Source of the DNA: Sandaracinaceae bacterium
GTDB taxonomy: Bacteria; Myxococcota_A; Polyangia; Polyangiales; Sandaracinaceae
Direction: 5' to 3'
Assembly (NCBI GenBank): GCA_044220955.1
Contig: JBGAQA010000136.1
Span: 1 to 15,066, forward strand
Length of the DNA stretch: 15,066 nt
This document shows, one piece after another, positions 1 to 8,212 of this stretch (the stretch's first letter is position 1; each line of letters opens with the position of its first letter). The translations under genes were made by a program, and so were the position numbers. The notes under the pieces are model-generated. The model had not been told where the DNA came from, ran no database searches, and saw nothing but the letters and a program-made list of their open reading frames with translations.

Positions 1-54
1 TGAGGCTTCGACCGCGATGGAGCGCGAGCCGTAGTTCGCTCGTGCGACCGCGGG

Positions 55-95
55 CGAAGGGTCACACCCCCCGGCCGCGACCTGGTGACCCTTCG
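55..95. terminator. Inverted repeat just downstream of the aconitase-family gene; possible terminator or stabilising hairpin
   Basis: Perfect 11-bp arms CGAAGGGTCAC (55-65) and GTGACCCTTCG (85-95), 10 nt past the stop at 106-108. There is no U-tract and the loop is large (19 nt). Confidence 0.35.
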
Positions 96-105
96 AAGGG
101 CGAAG

Positions 106-2121
106 TCAGCCGAGATAGTCGCTCGGGTCGACGATCCGCCCCGCGATGGCGCTCGCCGCGACCGTGAGCGGGCTCGCGAGGTACACCCGACCCGGGCCGC
201 TCCGACCCGGGAAGTTCCTGTTGATCGCGCTCACCGTCACCTGGTCCTTCTTCTCGCTCGCGCCCGGACCCGCGTTGATGCACGCACCGCAGCTCGGCTC
301 GATCATCTCGACGCCCACCTTCGCGAAGAGCTCGATGTAGCCCTGCTCCTCCGCGTACCTTCGGATGCGCTGGCTGCCGAACTGGATGTAGCAGCGCACA
401 CCCTCCTTCACGCGCTGCCCGCGCGCGAGCGCCTTGCGCATGACGAGCGCGTACATGTCCATGTCGACCTTCTTGCCGCCCGTGCAGCTGCCACCGTAGG
501 CGATGTCGATCGCGACGTGGTCCTCGAACGTCGCCATCGCGACGCCGTTGCGCGGATCGCCCGGCGTCGCGAGCATCACGGGGACGGCCCCGAGATCGAT
601 CTCGAAGGTGTCGAGGTAGACCGCGTCGGGGTCGCTCCGCACGATGCGCCTCTCGAGCTCGGCCTTCGGGATCCCGCGCATCTCGTGCAGGTAGTCGACG
701 ATCCGCGCGCTCGGCTCGAGGATCCCCGTGAACCCACCCGCCTCGACCGCCATGTTCGTGAGCGTCGCCTGCTCGTCCATCGGCATCGTGGCGAGCCCCT
801 CGCCGGTGAACTCGAGCACCTTGCCGATGCCCCGGCTCGTCCGGAAGAAGGGCTGCGAGAGGATGTGGAGCATCACGTCCTTCGCGCTGACGCCCGTGCG
901 GAGCGCGCCCCGCAGCACGAAGCGCACGGTCTCGGGGACCTTCACGCGCACGTCGCGGGTGAACCACGCGTTCGCCATGTCCGTCGAGCCGACGCCGAAC
1001 GCGAACGCACCCAGGGCGCCGCCCATGCAGGTGTGGCTGTCCGTGCCCGCGATCACCTGTCCGGGCAGGCCGAGATCCTCGATCACCGCGTTGTGACAGA
1101 TGGCCTCGGAGCCGCGGACCTCGCCGCGCTCGCCTCGCACCTCGCCGTAGAGCTTGAGCGCGTGCTTGGTCGCGAACTTCTCCTGCGTGAGAGCGAGGCC
1201 GTTCGCCTTGTCGAGCAGGCCCATCTCGACCTTGTCCTTGGGCATCACGTCGCGCAGGAACGTCAGATGATCGCGGAACGTGAACACGCTCGCCGGCTCC
1301 GCGACCTCGGCGCTCGCGCCGAGGGCCGCGACGAAGAGCGCGTCGGCCATGGGTGTCACGTACTCGTGGCTGAAGCGCACGTCGGTGCGGATGAAGAGAG
1401 CGTCGCCGGGCGCGACCTCCGGCACACCGAGGGCGCCCGTCTTCGCGTCACGGACGGCGTGGGACGCGATGATCTTCTCGACCATCGTCATCGGCCTCGC
1501 CCGCCTCCCGGGCGGGGGCGTCGTGATCGCTGGCGGCGCGATCTCGCCGGCCATGCGCCGCTGGTTGTACGCGAAGAGGCCGCCCTCGCGGACGATGTCC
1601 GCCGAGATGGCGTCGAGGCCCGACGTGAACGCGGACGCGTCGATCGTCTCGCCGGCCAGGAGCCGCGGGATCAGGCCGAAGTCGCTCGAGGTGAGCAGGC
1701 CGATGTTCTGGCAGTTCTGCCCGTAGATCTTCTCGATCGAGCGCGCGATGACGAGCTTCACGCCCGCCGCGACCTCGCTGTAGGGCGCCTGCTCGCGGGA
1801 GCTGCCGCAGCCCTTGGACTCGCCGCTGACGACGACGGAGAAGCCGCCGTTCTTGAGCGTCCCCCGCGTGAAGAGGCCGCCGCGGAGGCCGTGGAGCGAG
1901 TACTCGCCGAGCGTCTCGTCGTAGTGGAAGCAGACCCAACCGGGCGCGATCTCGTCGGTCGAGATGTTGTCGATCAGCTTGGGGCCCTCGCCTCGCGCGA
2001 TCGCGGCGACGGTCGCGGGCTCGAGGCTCTCGCCCGCGAGCTGGCGCACCAGGAGCTCCGTGTCTTCGGTGAGGAACAGGATGCGTCGACCGTCGAGCCG
2101 GAAGGAGCCGGAGCGCGCCAT
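106..2121 (-). CDS. Aconitase-family [4Fe-4S] hydro-lyase (3-isopropylmalate dehydratase/homoaconitase-like), small (swivel) subunit fused N-terminally to the large subunit
   Basis: N-terminal swivel motifs NISTDEIAP and GCGSSREQA. Large-subunit motifs MTMVEKI, RDH, ICH, GTDSHT, TNMAVE, GSCTGG, PSCGAC (three Fe-S Cys), NRNFPGR and YLASP. ATG at 2121 is preceded by GAGG, so it is preferred over the GTG at 2127. Confidence 0.9.
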   Translation of the reverse strand: MARSGSFRLDGRRILFLTEDTELLVRQLAGESLEPATVAAIARGEGPKLIDNISTDEIAPGWVCFHYDETLGEYSLHGLRGGLFTRGTLKNGGFSVVVSGESKGCGSSREQAPYSEVAAGVKLVIARSIEKIYGQNCQNIGLLTSSDFGLIPRLLAGETIDASAFTSGLDAISADIVREGGLFAYNQRRMAGEIAPPAITTPPPGRRARPMTMVEKIIASHAVRDAKTGALGVPEVAPGDALFIRTDVRFSHEYVTPMADALFVAALGASAEVAEPASVFTFRDHLTFLRDVMPKDKVEMGLLDKANGLALTQEKFATKHALKLYGEVRGERGEVRGSEAICHNAVIEDLGLPGQVIAGTDSHTCMGGALGAFAFGVGSTDMANAWFTRDVRVKVPETVRFVLRGALRTGVSAKDVMLHILSQPFFRTSRGIGKVLEFTGEGLATMPMDEQATLTNMAVEAGGFTGILEPSARIVDYLHEMRGIPKAELERRIVRSDPDAVYLDTFEIDLGAVPVMLATPGDPRNGVAMATFEDHVAIDIAYGGSCTGGKKVDMDMYALVMRKALARGQRVKEGVRCYIQFGSQRIRRYAEEQGYIELFAKVGVEMIEPSCGACINAGPGASEKKDQVTVSAINRNFPGRSGPGRVYLASPLTVAASAIAGRIVDPSDYLG

Positions 2122-2156
2122 GAACACCTCGCGGCAGAGAATCTAAATGACCGATC

Positions 2157-2177
2157 ACGATTCTGGGACAGAATCGT
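2157..2177. promoter_or_regulatory. Palindromic operator-like site upstream of the aconitase-family gene
   Basis: ACGATTCTG-GGA-CAGAATCGT, perfect 9-bp arms in an AT-richer patch. It covers the expected -35 position for a minus-strand TAGATT -10-like hexamer at 2140-2145. Confidence 0.45.
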
Positions 2178-2220
2178 TGACGGGCAGTCAGCGGCGCGAC
2201 GGGCGTCGCGACGGACAGGT

Positions 2221-2376
2221 GGGTGAGGCAGGCCGATTCACTCGGACTGCCGAGGGAGGACGGGGACGTCCTCCCTTCGCGATTCTCCGAATCGCGACCG
2301 GCTATCTGGCGCGGGGGCGCGCGCGCCCGAAGCATTTCCCCCCCTTCGGGAGAGGGAACTCTCAGGCAGCTCACTC
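2221..2376 (+). ncRNA. Candidate structured RNA or palindromic repeat element (family not recognised)
   Basis: Consecutive hairpins at 2227-2251, 2253-2276 (10 bp, GGGA GNRA loop), 2277-2297 (9 bp), 2315-2328 and 2336-2358 (cUUCGg loop). The ends can pair (GGGTGA 2221-2226 with TCACTC 2371-2376). Confidence 0.3.
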
Positions 2377-3393
2377 CGCGCTGTGCAGGTGCGTACCGCC
2401 CGAGCTCGCGACCGCGTGACCCGGGGAGGGGGCGAGGATCCGCGGCCAGGCCGTCAGGATGACGACGACGCACTCGTAGCCGTCTTCGCCCGTCGCCGTG
2501 CCGATTCCGAGGTCGGTGAAGCGTCGGTCGATGAGCGCCGCGCGGTGCGAGGGGCTCTGGCCGAGGGCGTCGAGCGCGTGAGCGACGTCGATGCCTCGCG
2601 AGGCGACCTCGCCCACGTGGCGCGCGACGACGCCCTCCTCGCGCAGGCGCGCGCTCGGATCGCGGCCGGGCTCGAGCTCGTGCGCCGCCTCGCCCGCGGC
2701 GCAGATGGCCTCGGCGTGCGCGGCCGCGATGCGATCGAACATGCGGCTCGTGCGCAGAACGGGAGCGCCCGCGCCGTGCCGCATCTGCTCGACGCGCTCG
2801 CGCGGGTCGTCCGACGCGAGCCCGTCGACCTCGCGCACCCCGAGGACACGCTCGGCGACCGGCCGCGGCCCGTCGGGGCCTCGCGCGACCACCTGGACGC
2901 GCACCGCGTCGATCCCGGCGGGCAGGGACGTCGCGAACGTGGGCGACGTCAGCTCCATGACGTGCACCTCGCCGTCGGCGTCCTCGGCGTAGAGCAGCGG
3001 GTCGTGCCACCCGCTCGCGATGTGACCGCTCACGTGCGTTCCGTCGACCGCGAGCGTCGCCGCCGCCGGAGCGGCCACGATCACCCGCTGGGCGCCGGAG
3101 CGGGCCTCGCCGCACGCGAGCGGAGTCTCGCCGCGCTCCGTCAGCGTGGCGAGCCACTCGGCGACACGCGCCGTATCCGACTCGGCGACCGAGAGCGCGT
3201 GCGCCCGCGGCGCCTCCGAGCCCGACGCGCGCACGAGCGCCATGAGTGTCTCTTCGTCGGGCGCCGTCTCGAGCGCGAGCGCCGCCGCGGCCTCGGAGAG
3301 CCGGGCGTCGTCCGCGCACCCCTCGATCTGCGCGTGCACAGCGGTGACCGGAGCGAGCGCGAGGATCGTGGAGACGGAAAGCACGAGGCGCAT
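2371..3393 (-). CDS. Secreted CAP (SCP/PR-1-like) domain protein
   Basis: Signal peptide ending AVHA-Q. C-terminal CAP signature: IAAAHAEAI...AAHE...ARL...VGEVA...SPSHRAALIDRRFTDLGIG. Confidence 0.8.
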   Translation of the reverse strand: MRLVLSVSTILALAPVTAVHAQIEGCADDARLSEAAAALALETAPDEETLMALVRASGSEAPRAHALSVAESDTARVAEWLATLTERGETPLACGEARSGAQRVIVAAPAAATLAVDGTHVSGHIASGWHDPLLYAEDADGEVHVMELTSPTFATSLPAGIDAVRVQVVARGPDGPRPVAERVLGVREVDGLASDDPRERVEQMRHGAGAPVLRTSRMFDRIAAAHAEAICAAGEAAHELEPGRDPSARLREEGVVARHVGEVASRGIDVAHALDALGQSPSHRAALIDRRFTDLGIGTATGEDGYECVVVILTAWPRILAPSPGHAVASSGGTHLHSAE

Positions 3394-3477
3394 GTCCGGA
3401 GCCTCGCCCGGAGATGCGCCTCGACCAAGAAAACGGGGACCGCGAGAGAACGGGGACCTGGGCCCCCGAGCCGACGC

Positions 3478-4452
3478 CTAGGGCGTGATCTCGACGCCCA
3501 CCGCGGCGAAGTCCCCGACGAGCTGCCACGCGTTGCAGGGCGTCGCGCCCGTGCCGTCGTGGCTGCAGACCGAGCCGCTGCCATCGTCGAGCATGCACTG
3601 GCCGCTCGCGGGACAGAGCGAGTCGGGCTGGTTGGCCCACATCGCCTGCGGCTGGTCGCAATAGGGACCCCCGGTCTCGGTGAAGCCGGAGCTCGCCACC
3701 AGGGTGCAGAGCTGGGCATGGATCGGGTCGACGTTGATCATGGTGCCCTGCGACTCGGTCACGGTGATGTATGCCGTGAGCGTCGCCGCCGTGGTGAACA
3801 TGGCGCGCGTCGAGAGGGCCCCGATGCAGCTGCGGTCCTCGCTGAACGTGCTCGTCACGACCGCGGGATTGTGCAGCGGGAGCTCGACCTGGAGCATCGT
3901 CCCGGTCGGATCGAAGATCGGCACGATCAGCGTCTGGTCGGTGGGCGCGGTGGTCACCACCTCGCCGGTGATCGTGCCCGTGAGCGTGACCGGCGCGTAG
4001 CGCGTCGTCGTGCTGAACGCGTACGTTCTCGCCGTCGCGTCGCGCGTGCCGTAGCCCGTGGTGATCGTGATGGGCCCATCGCCCGCGCCCGCCGCGCCGC
4101 GCACGAGCCAGTTGAACGTCTCGTTCGCGAGCGACGCGTTCAGCAGCATCCCGGTCGCGGCAGAGACGAGCGCCGAGCCCTCCGGAGCGCGCAAGCGCAG
4201 GAAGCGGAGGCGCAGCTCGGGCGCTTCCGGGTGAGCCGCCTGCGACTCGCGATAGCAGCACGCGCCCATCTGGTTCGTGGGGTCCGGGATCATGTTCGTC
4301 GGGCAGGTGAGGACCACCATGCCGGTGTCGACGATCGATCCGCTGTCCGGGAGGTTCGCGTCGTTGGCGGGCGGCGTCGTCGAGGGGTTGCAGCCCGAGA
4401 CGGAAAGGACGCACGTCACGCCCAGAAGAGAAGCACCGAAGCTCGCTCGCAT
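3478..4452 (-). CDS. Cys-rich putative lipoprotein, unknown function (324 aa)
   Basis: ATG at 4452 gives MRASFGASLLGVTCVLSVSG-C (lipobox-like VSGC), then a Pro/Thr/Asp linker and many Cys; codon use is typical. The upstream part of the 450-aa ORF overlaps the PfkB gene and is not credible. Confidence 0.75.
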   Translation of the reverse strand: MRASFGASLLGVTCVLSVSGCNPSTTPPANDANLPDSGSIVDTGMVVLTCPTNMIPDPTNQMGACCYRESQAAHPEAPELRLRFLRLRAPEGSALVSAATGMLLNASLANETFNWLVRGAAGAGDGPITITTGYGTRDATARTYAFSTTTRYAPVTLTGTITGEVVTTAPTDQTLIVPIFDPTGTMLQVELPLHNPAVVTSTFSEDRSCIGALSTRAMFTTAATLTAYITVTESQGTMINVDPIHAQLCTLVASSGFTETGGPYCDQPQAMWANQPDSLCPASGQCMLDDGSGSVCSHDGTGATPCNAWQLVGDFAAVGVEITP

Positions 4453-4543
4453 CCTGATTGACCTTTCTCCATCGCCGCCGGGCGGCCGGAAACCAAGCGC
4501 CCATCCTCGCACGAAGCGAGGGCGGAGATCGATGGTTCCGAGC

Positions 4544-5467
4544 CTACCGAAGCTCGGCGTCCGACGCGAAGTGCGCCAGGCGCGCGAAGGCCGCGAAGCG
4601 CGTCGCGATGTCGGCCTGCGTGACCGTGACCAGGCGGTCCACCGACACGCCCTCGACGGAGAACGACGCGAGGACCGAGCCGTAGATGACCGCGCGCTTG
4701 AGCGACACCGGGTCGACGTGCTCCTCGCGGGCGAGGTAGCCGAGCAGACCGCCCGCGAACGTGTCGCCGGCGCCCGTGGGGTCCGCGACGTCCTCGACGG
4801 GATACGCCGGGGCCGAGAACACGCTCTCACCGTCGAAGAGCAGCGCGCCGTACTCGCCGCGCTTGATGACGACCAGGCGCGGACCCATCTTGCGGAGCGC
4901 CGCCGCGGCCCTCGAGATGTTGTGCACGCCCGCGAGCTCGCGCGCCTCCTCCTCGTTGATCACGAGCAGGTCGATGCGCGCGAGCATCTTCGCGAGCTCT
5001 CTGGGCGTCCCGGAGATCCAGAAGTTCATCGTGTCCGCGATGACGAGCTTCGGGCGCTCGAGCTGATCGAGCACCTCGACCTGCAAGCTCGGGTGGATGT
5101 TGCCCAGCATCACGTAGGGCGTGGTCCGCTGCGCCGCCGGGATCTTCGGGTGGAAGTCCGCGAAGACGTTGAGCTCGGTCTTGAGCGACTCGCGGCGCGT
5201 GAGATCCGGCGAGTACCGGCCCTCCCAGTGGAACGTCTTGCCCTCGACGATCTCGAGGCCGCTCGTGTCGATCCCCTTCTTCTGCAGCAGCGCGACGGCG
5301 TCCTTCGGGAAGTCCGTCCCGACGACGCCGACGAGCTCCACCTTGGTGAAGAAGGACGCCGCGAGCGCCGCGAACACGGCCGAGCCGCCGAGCACGTACG
5401 GGTGCGAGCCGAGGTGGTTGTGAATCGTGTCCTGGGCGACGGAACCGACGACGAGCATCGACGACAT
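4544..5467 (-). CDS. PfkB/ribokinase-family carbohydrate or nucleoside kinase
   Basis: VVGSVAQD, GGSA, VGVVGTDF, INEEEA, KRGEYGA and the anion-hole motif DPTGAGDTFAGG; GGAGAG SD upstream. Confidence 0.92.
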   Translation of the reverse strand: MSSMLVVGSVAQDTIHNHLGSHPYVLGGSAVFAALAASFFTKVELVGVVGTDFPKDAVALLQKKGIDTSGLEIVEGKTFHWEGRYSPDLTRRESLKTELNVFADFHPKIPAAQRTTPYVMLGNIHPSLQVEVLDQLERPKLVIADTMNFWISGTPRELAKMLARIDLLVINEEEARELAGVHNISRAAAALRKMGPRLVVIKRGEYGALLFDGESVFSAPAYPVEDVADPTGAGDTFAGGLLGYLAREEHVDPVSLKRAVIYGSVLASFSVEGVSVDRLVTVTQADIATRFAAFARLAHFASDAELR

Positions 5468-5494
5468 GGAGACTCTCCGAGCGAGCGCTGGACT

Positions 5495-6349
5495 TCAGGG
5501 GAGGAGGTGGGCGAGCTTGACGCGGGCGGCCGCGGGGATCGCCTCCGGCGCCGTGAGCAGGGCGTGCTCGAGCGCGCGCGTGGCGGGGCTCGCCGCCGGA
5601 TCCGGCAGGCGCGTGGCGAGCAGCGCCAGCGCGCGTCGGGCCACGTCGACGTTGCGATGCAGCACCGCGACCACGTCGGCGACGCTCACGCCTTCTTCTT
5701 CCGCGCGCCACGCGTCGTAGTCCGTGACGAGCGCGAGCGTCGCGTAGGGGAGCTGCGCCTCGCGCGCCAGCCGCGCCTCCGGCAGGTTCGTCATGCCGAT
5801 GACGCTCGCGCCCCAGCCCTGGTACGTGCGCGACTCGGCGCGCGTGGAGAACTGAGGCCCGTCGATGCAGATGTACGCCCCACCCCGGTGCACGCGCCCG
5901 CCGGCCTCGCGCGCGGCGGCCTCGAGGACGTTCGCGAGCGCGTGGTCGACCGGGTCGGCGAAGGCGACGTGCGCGACGACGCCGACGCCCTCGAAGAAGG
6001 TGCTCGGGCGCGCGCGCGTGCGATCGATGAACTGGTCGACGACGACCACGTCGCCCGGATGCAGCTCCTCGCGGAGCGAGCCGACGGCCGAGATGCTGAC
6101 GATCTGCTCGGCGCCGAGCATCTTCAGGGCCAGCACGTTGGCGCGGTAGTTGATCTCGTGGGGCGCGACGCGATGTCCGCGACCGTGGCGCGGGAGGAAC
6201 AGGTAGCGCGTCGGGCCGATCCGGCCCTCCATGACGGAGTCCGACGGAGCGCCGAACGTCGTGTGGATGGTGTGTTCCTTGCGCTCGGTGAGCGCAGGGA
6301 GGTCGTAGAGGCCGCTGCCTCCGATCACTCCGACGACTCGGTCTGCCAT
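5495..6349 (-). CDS. mtnP: S-methyl-5'-thioadenosine phosphorylase
   Basis: GVIGGSGLY, FLPRHGRGH, INYRAN, SAVGSL, DQFIDRT, GPQFSTRAES, IGMTNLPEA, LVTDYD; GGAG SD. Confidence 0.93.
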   Translation of the reverse strand: MADRVVGVIGGSGLYDLPALTERKEHTIHTTFGAPSDSVMEGRIGPTRYLFLPRHGRGHRVAPHEINYRANVLALKMLGAEQIVSISAVGSLREELHPGDVVVVDQFIDRTRARPSTFFEGVGVVAHVAFADPVDHALANVLEAAAREAGGRVHRGGAYICIDGPQFSTRAESRTYQGWGASVIGMTNLPEARLAREAQLPYATLALVTDYDAWRAEEEGVSVADVVAVLHRNVDVARRALALLATRLPDPAASPATRALEHALLTAPEAIPAAARVKLAHLLP

Positions 6350-6388
6350 GGCTGGGCTCCGCTCTGGACGGCCGCTTCTAGCACGCCC

Positions 6389-7321
6389 TCAGAGGAGGGA
6401 AAGCGCCAAGCCGAAGCGCACGCCGCCGTCGGAGATCCGCACCTCCGACGCGCCCGAGCGGTCGAGCACGTACCCGAGGATCGACGCGCCCGCCACGATG
6501 ACGTCTTCCCGGCCGGCCTCGACGCCCACGGCTCGAGCGCGCCCCGCGCGGTCGGCGCGCGAGAGGCCCGCCACGGCGGCCCGGAGCCGGTCCGTGGCCA
6601 CGATCTCGCCGTGAGGGGTCGGGGCGCCGCGCGCGAGATCGCGCCCGAGGGCGACCGCCGCCACGTTCGTCGCGGTACCGGCGAGCATCACGAGCGGCGG
6701 CAGGATCGGGATCTCGCGCATCGCCCTGGCCACGTCGTCCCGGATCGCGGCCAACTGGGCGGAGGTTGGCGCGGCGGCTCCGATCCGGTGACGCTCCGTG
6801 AGCCGTACGGAGCCGACGTCCACGCTGACACTCGAGGTCACGCGTCCCCCCTCGCCGCGGACGATCTCCGTGCTGCCGCCCCCGATGTCGACGACCGTGA
6901 CGGGCCCTGGCGCCACGTCGAGACCGAAGAACGCGCCGCGAAAGGTCAGCTCGGCCTCGCGCGCGCCGTCGATCACGTCGAAGCGGTCCACCCTGTGTCG
7001 CGCCTCGGCGACGAAGACCTCCCGGTTGGCGGCGTCGCGGAGCGCGCTCGTGCCCACGCCCACCACCAGCCCGGCGCCCCGCTCGCGCGCCTCGGCGGCG
7101 AGCTCTCCGAGCGCGGCGAGCGTGCGCGCGATCGCGTCGTCGCGGAGCACGCCGGACGCGTCGACGCCGGCGCCGAGCCGCGTGACGCGCGACCCCTCCC
7201 ATGCGAGGCGCGGCGGACCGGGGTCAGACGCGTCGAGCACCGATACGAGCACCGTGTTGGTGCCCACGTCGAGGGTCGCGACGCGGCGATGCGCCGGGCC
7301 GGGCGCCGGTGTGGGCCTCAG
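6389..7321 (-). CDS. Ppx/GppA-family phosphatase (short form, no HD domain); start uncertain, probably CTG
   Basis: ATLDVGTNT, TRLGAGV, GTSALRDA, EAELTF, DIGGGSTE, GSVRLTE, REDVI, GVRFG. No nearby in-frame ATG/GTG/TTG precedes the first motif; CTG at 7321 overlaps the upstream TGA. Confidence 0.85.
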   Translation of the reverse strand: MRPTPAPGPAHRRVATLDVGTNTVLVSVLDASDPGPPRLAWEGSRVTRLGAGVDASGVLRDDAIARTLAALGELAAEARERGAGLVVGVGTSALRDAANREVFVAEARHRVDRFDVIDGAREAELTFRGAFFGLDVAPGPVTVVDIGGGSTEIVRGEGGRVTSSVSVDVGSVRLTERHRIGAAAPTSAQLAAIRDDVARAMREIPILPPLVMLAGTATNVAAVALGRDLARGAPTPHGEIVATDRLRAAVAGLSRADRAGRARAVGVEAGREDVIVAGASILGYVLDRSGASEVRISDGGVRFGLALSLL

Positions 7322-8154
7322 GAGCCGGAGCCCGACTCGGTGAGCGACGAGAGGTCGGGGAGCTCGTCGATGTTCGGCAGCAGCACGATCTCGATGCGGC
7401 GGTTGTTCTGGCGGCCGGCGTCGGTGTCGTTCGTGTCCACGGGCTGCGTGTCGGCGTAGCCGGCGGCCGAGAGGCGATCGGCGGGCATCCCGTTGTCGAT
7501 CATGAAGCGCGCGACCGACACGGCGCGCGCGGTCGAGAGCTCCCAGTTGCTGGCCCAGCGGCGCGAGTGGATCGGCGTGCTGTCGGTGTGCCCCGCGATC
7601 TGGAACTGACGGCCCTCGATGCCGACGAGGATGGCCGTGATGTTCTGGATGATCGTCTGGCCCTCGGGCTTGAGCTGATCGTCGCCCGCGTCGAAGAGCA
7701 CGCCCGCGGGCAGCTCGACGACCATGCGGTTGCGCACGACGCGCACGTGGAGCTGGCCCGAGTCGATCATCGCCCGGAAGCGCTCGAGCATCGCGCGGAA
7801 CGCCGCCAGGCGCGCGCTCGCCGCGGCCTCGCGCGCGCGCAGCTCGTCGAGGGCGCGCTGCGTGTCGGAGAGCGACGTGGAGAGCGAGGTGCGCTCGGCG
7901 CGCAGGCCCTCGACGTCCTGACCGAGCGCCTCGAGGCGGTCGGCGAGCTGCTGGTTCTGCGCCTCGAGCTCGTGGATGCGCGCCTCGAGCTGCGTGCGCT
8001 GCTCCTCGGAGTCGTGCAGCTGTCCCTCGAGCTCGGCCACGCGCGCCACGGCGCGGCGCTCGGTCTCGGAGGGGCCGCAGCCGACCGCGAGATAGGCGAG
8101 CCCCACCACCAACACGAGTCCCGCCCATGCGCGGGTGTTTCGGAGTGTCGTCAT
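7318..8154 (-). CDS. OmpA/MotB-family peptidoglycan-binding lipoprotein with a long coiled coil
   Basis: Lipobox LAVG-C, heptad-rich coiled coil, then VLFDAG, IAGHTDSTP, SNWELSTARAVSV, AAGYADTQP, NRRIEI. ATG at 8154 is preferred over the TTG at 8190. Confidence 0.9.
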   Translation of the reverse strand: MTTLRNTRAWAGLVLVVGLAYLAVGCGPSETERRAVARVAELEGQLHDSEEQRTQLEARIHELEAQNQQLADRLEALGQDVEGLRAERTSLSTSLSDTQRALDELRAREAAASARLAAFRAMLERFRAMIDSGQLHVRVVRNRMVVELPAGVLFDAGDDQLKPEGQTIIQNITAILVGIEGRQFQIAGHTDSTPIHSRRWASNWELSTARAVSVARFMIDNGMPADRLSAAGYADTQPVDTNDTDAGRQNNRRIEIVLLPNIDELPDLSSLTESGSGS

Positions 8155-8161
8155 GCGGGCG

Positions 8162-8190
8162 AAGCTCGCCCGGTTCAGTGGGGCTGTCAA
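8162..8190 (-). promoter_or_regulatory. Putative internal sigma70-type promoter for the OmpA/MotB gene
   Basis: TTGACA (8190-8185), 17 nt, GAGCTT (weak -10 with A2 and T6 conserved), 7 nt, ATG 8154. No SD is present. Confidence 0.4.
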
Positions 8191-8212
8191 CGCCTTCGCC
8201 GGGTGACGGACG

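Noticed and set aside
2201..2230. ZTP riboswitch-like CGCGAC..ACAGGTGGG
   Set aside because: The UGGCG / CGCCUGGGCA pseudoknot elements are missing and the orientation is wrong.
2300..2370. Glycine riboswitch-like words (CCGAAG...AACTCTCAGGCA)
   Set aside because: Lacks the 5' GGAGA element and the GAG partner for CTC, and is on the + strand with no downstream + gene.
7318..8154. Flagellar stator motB
   Set aside because: No motA partner and no TM Asp motif; it has a lipobox and coiled coil instead.
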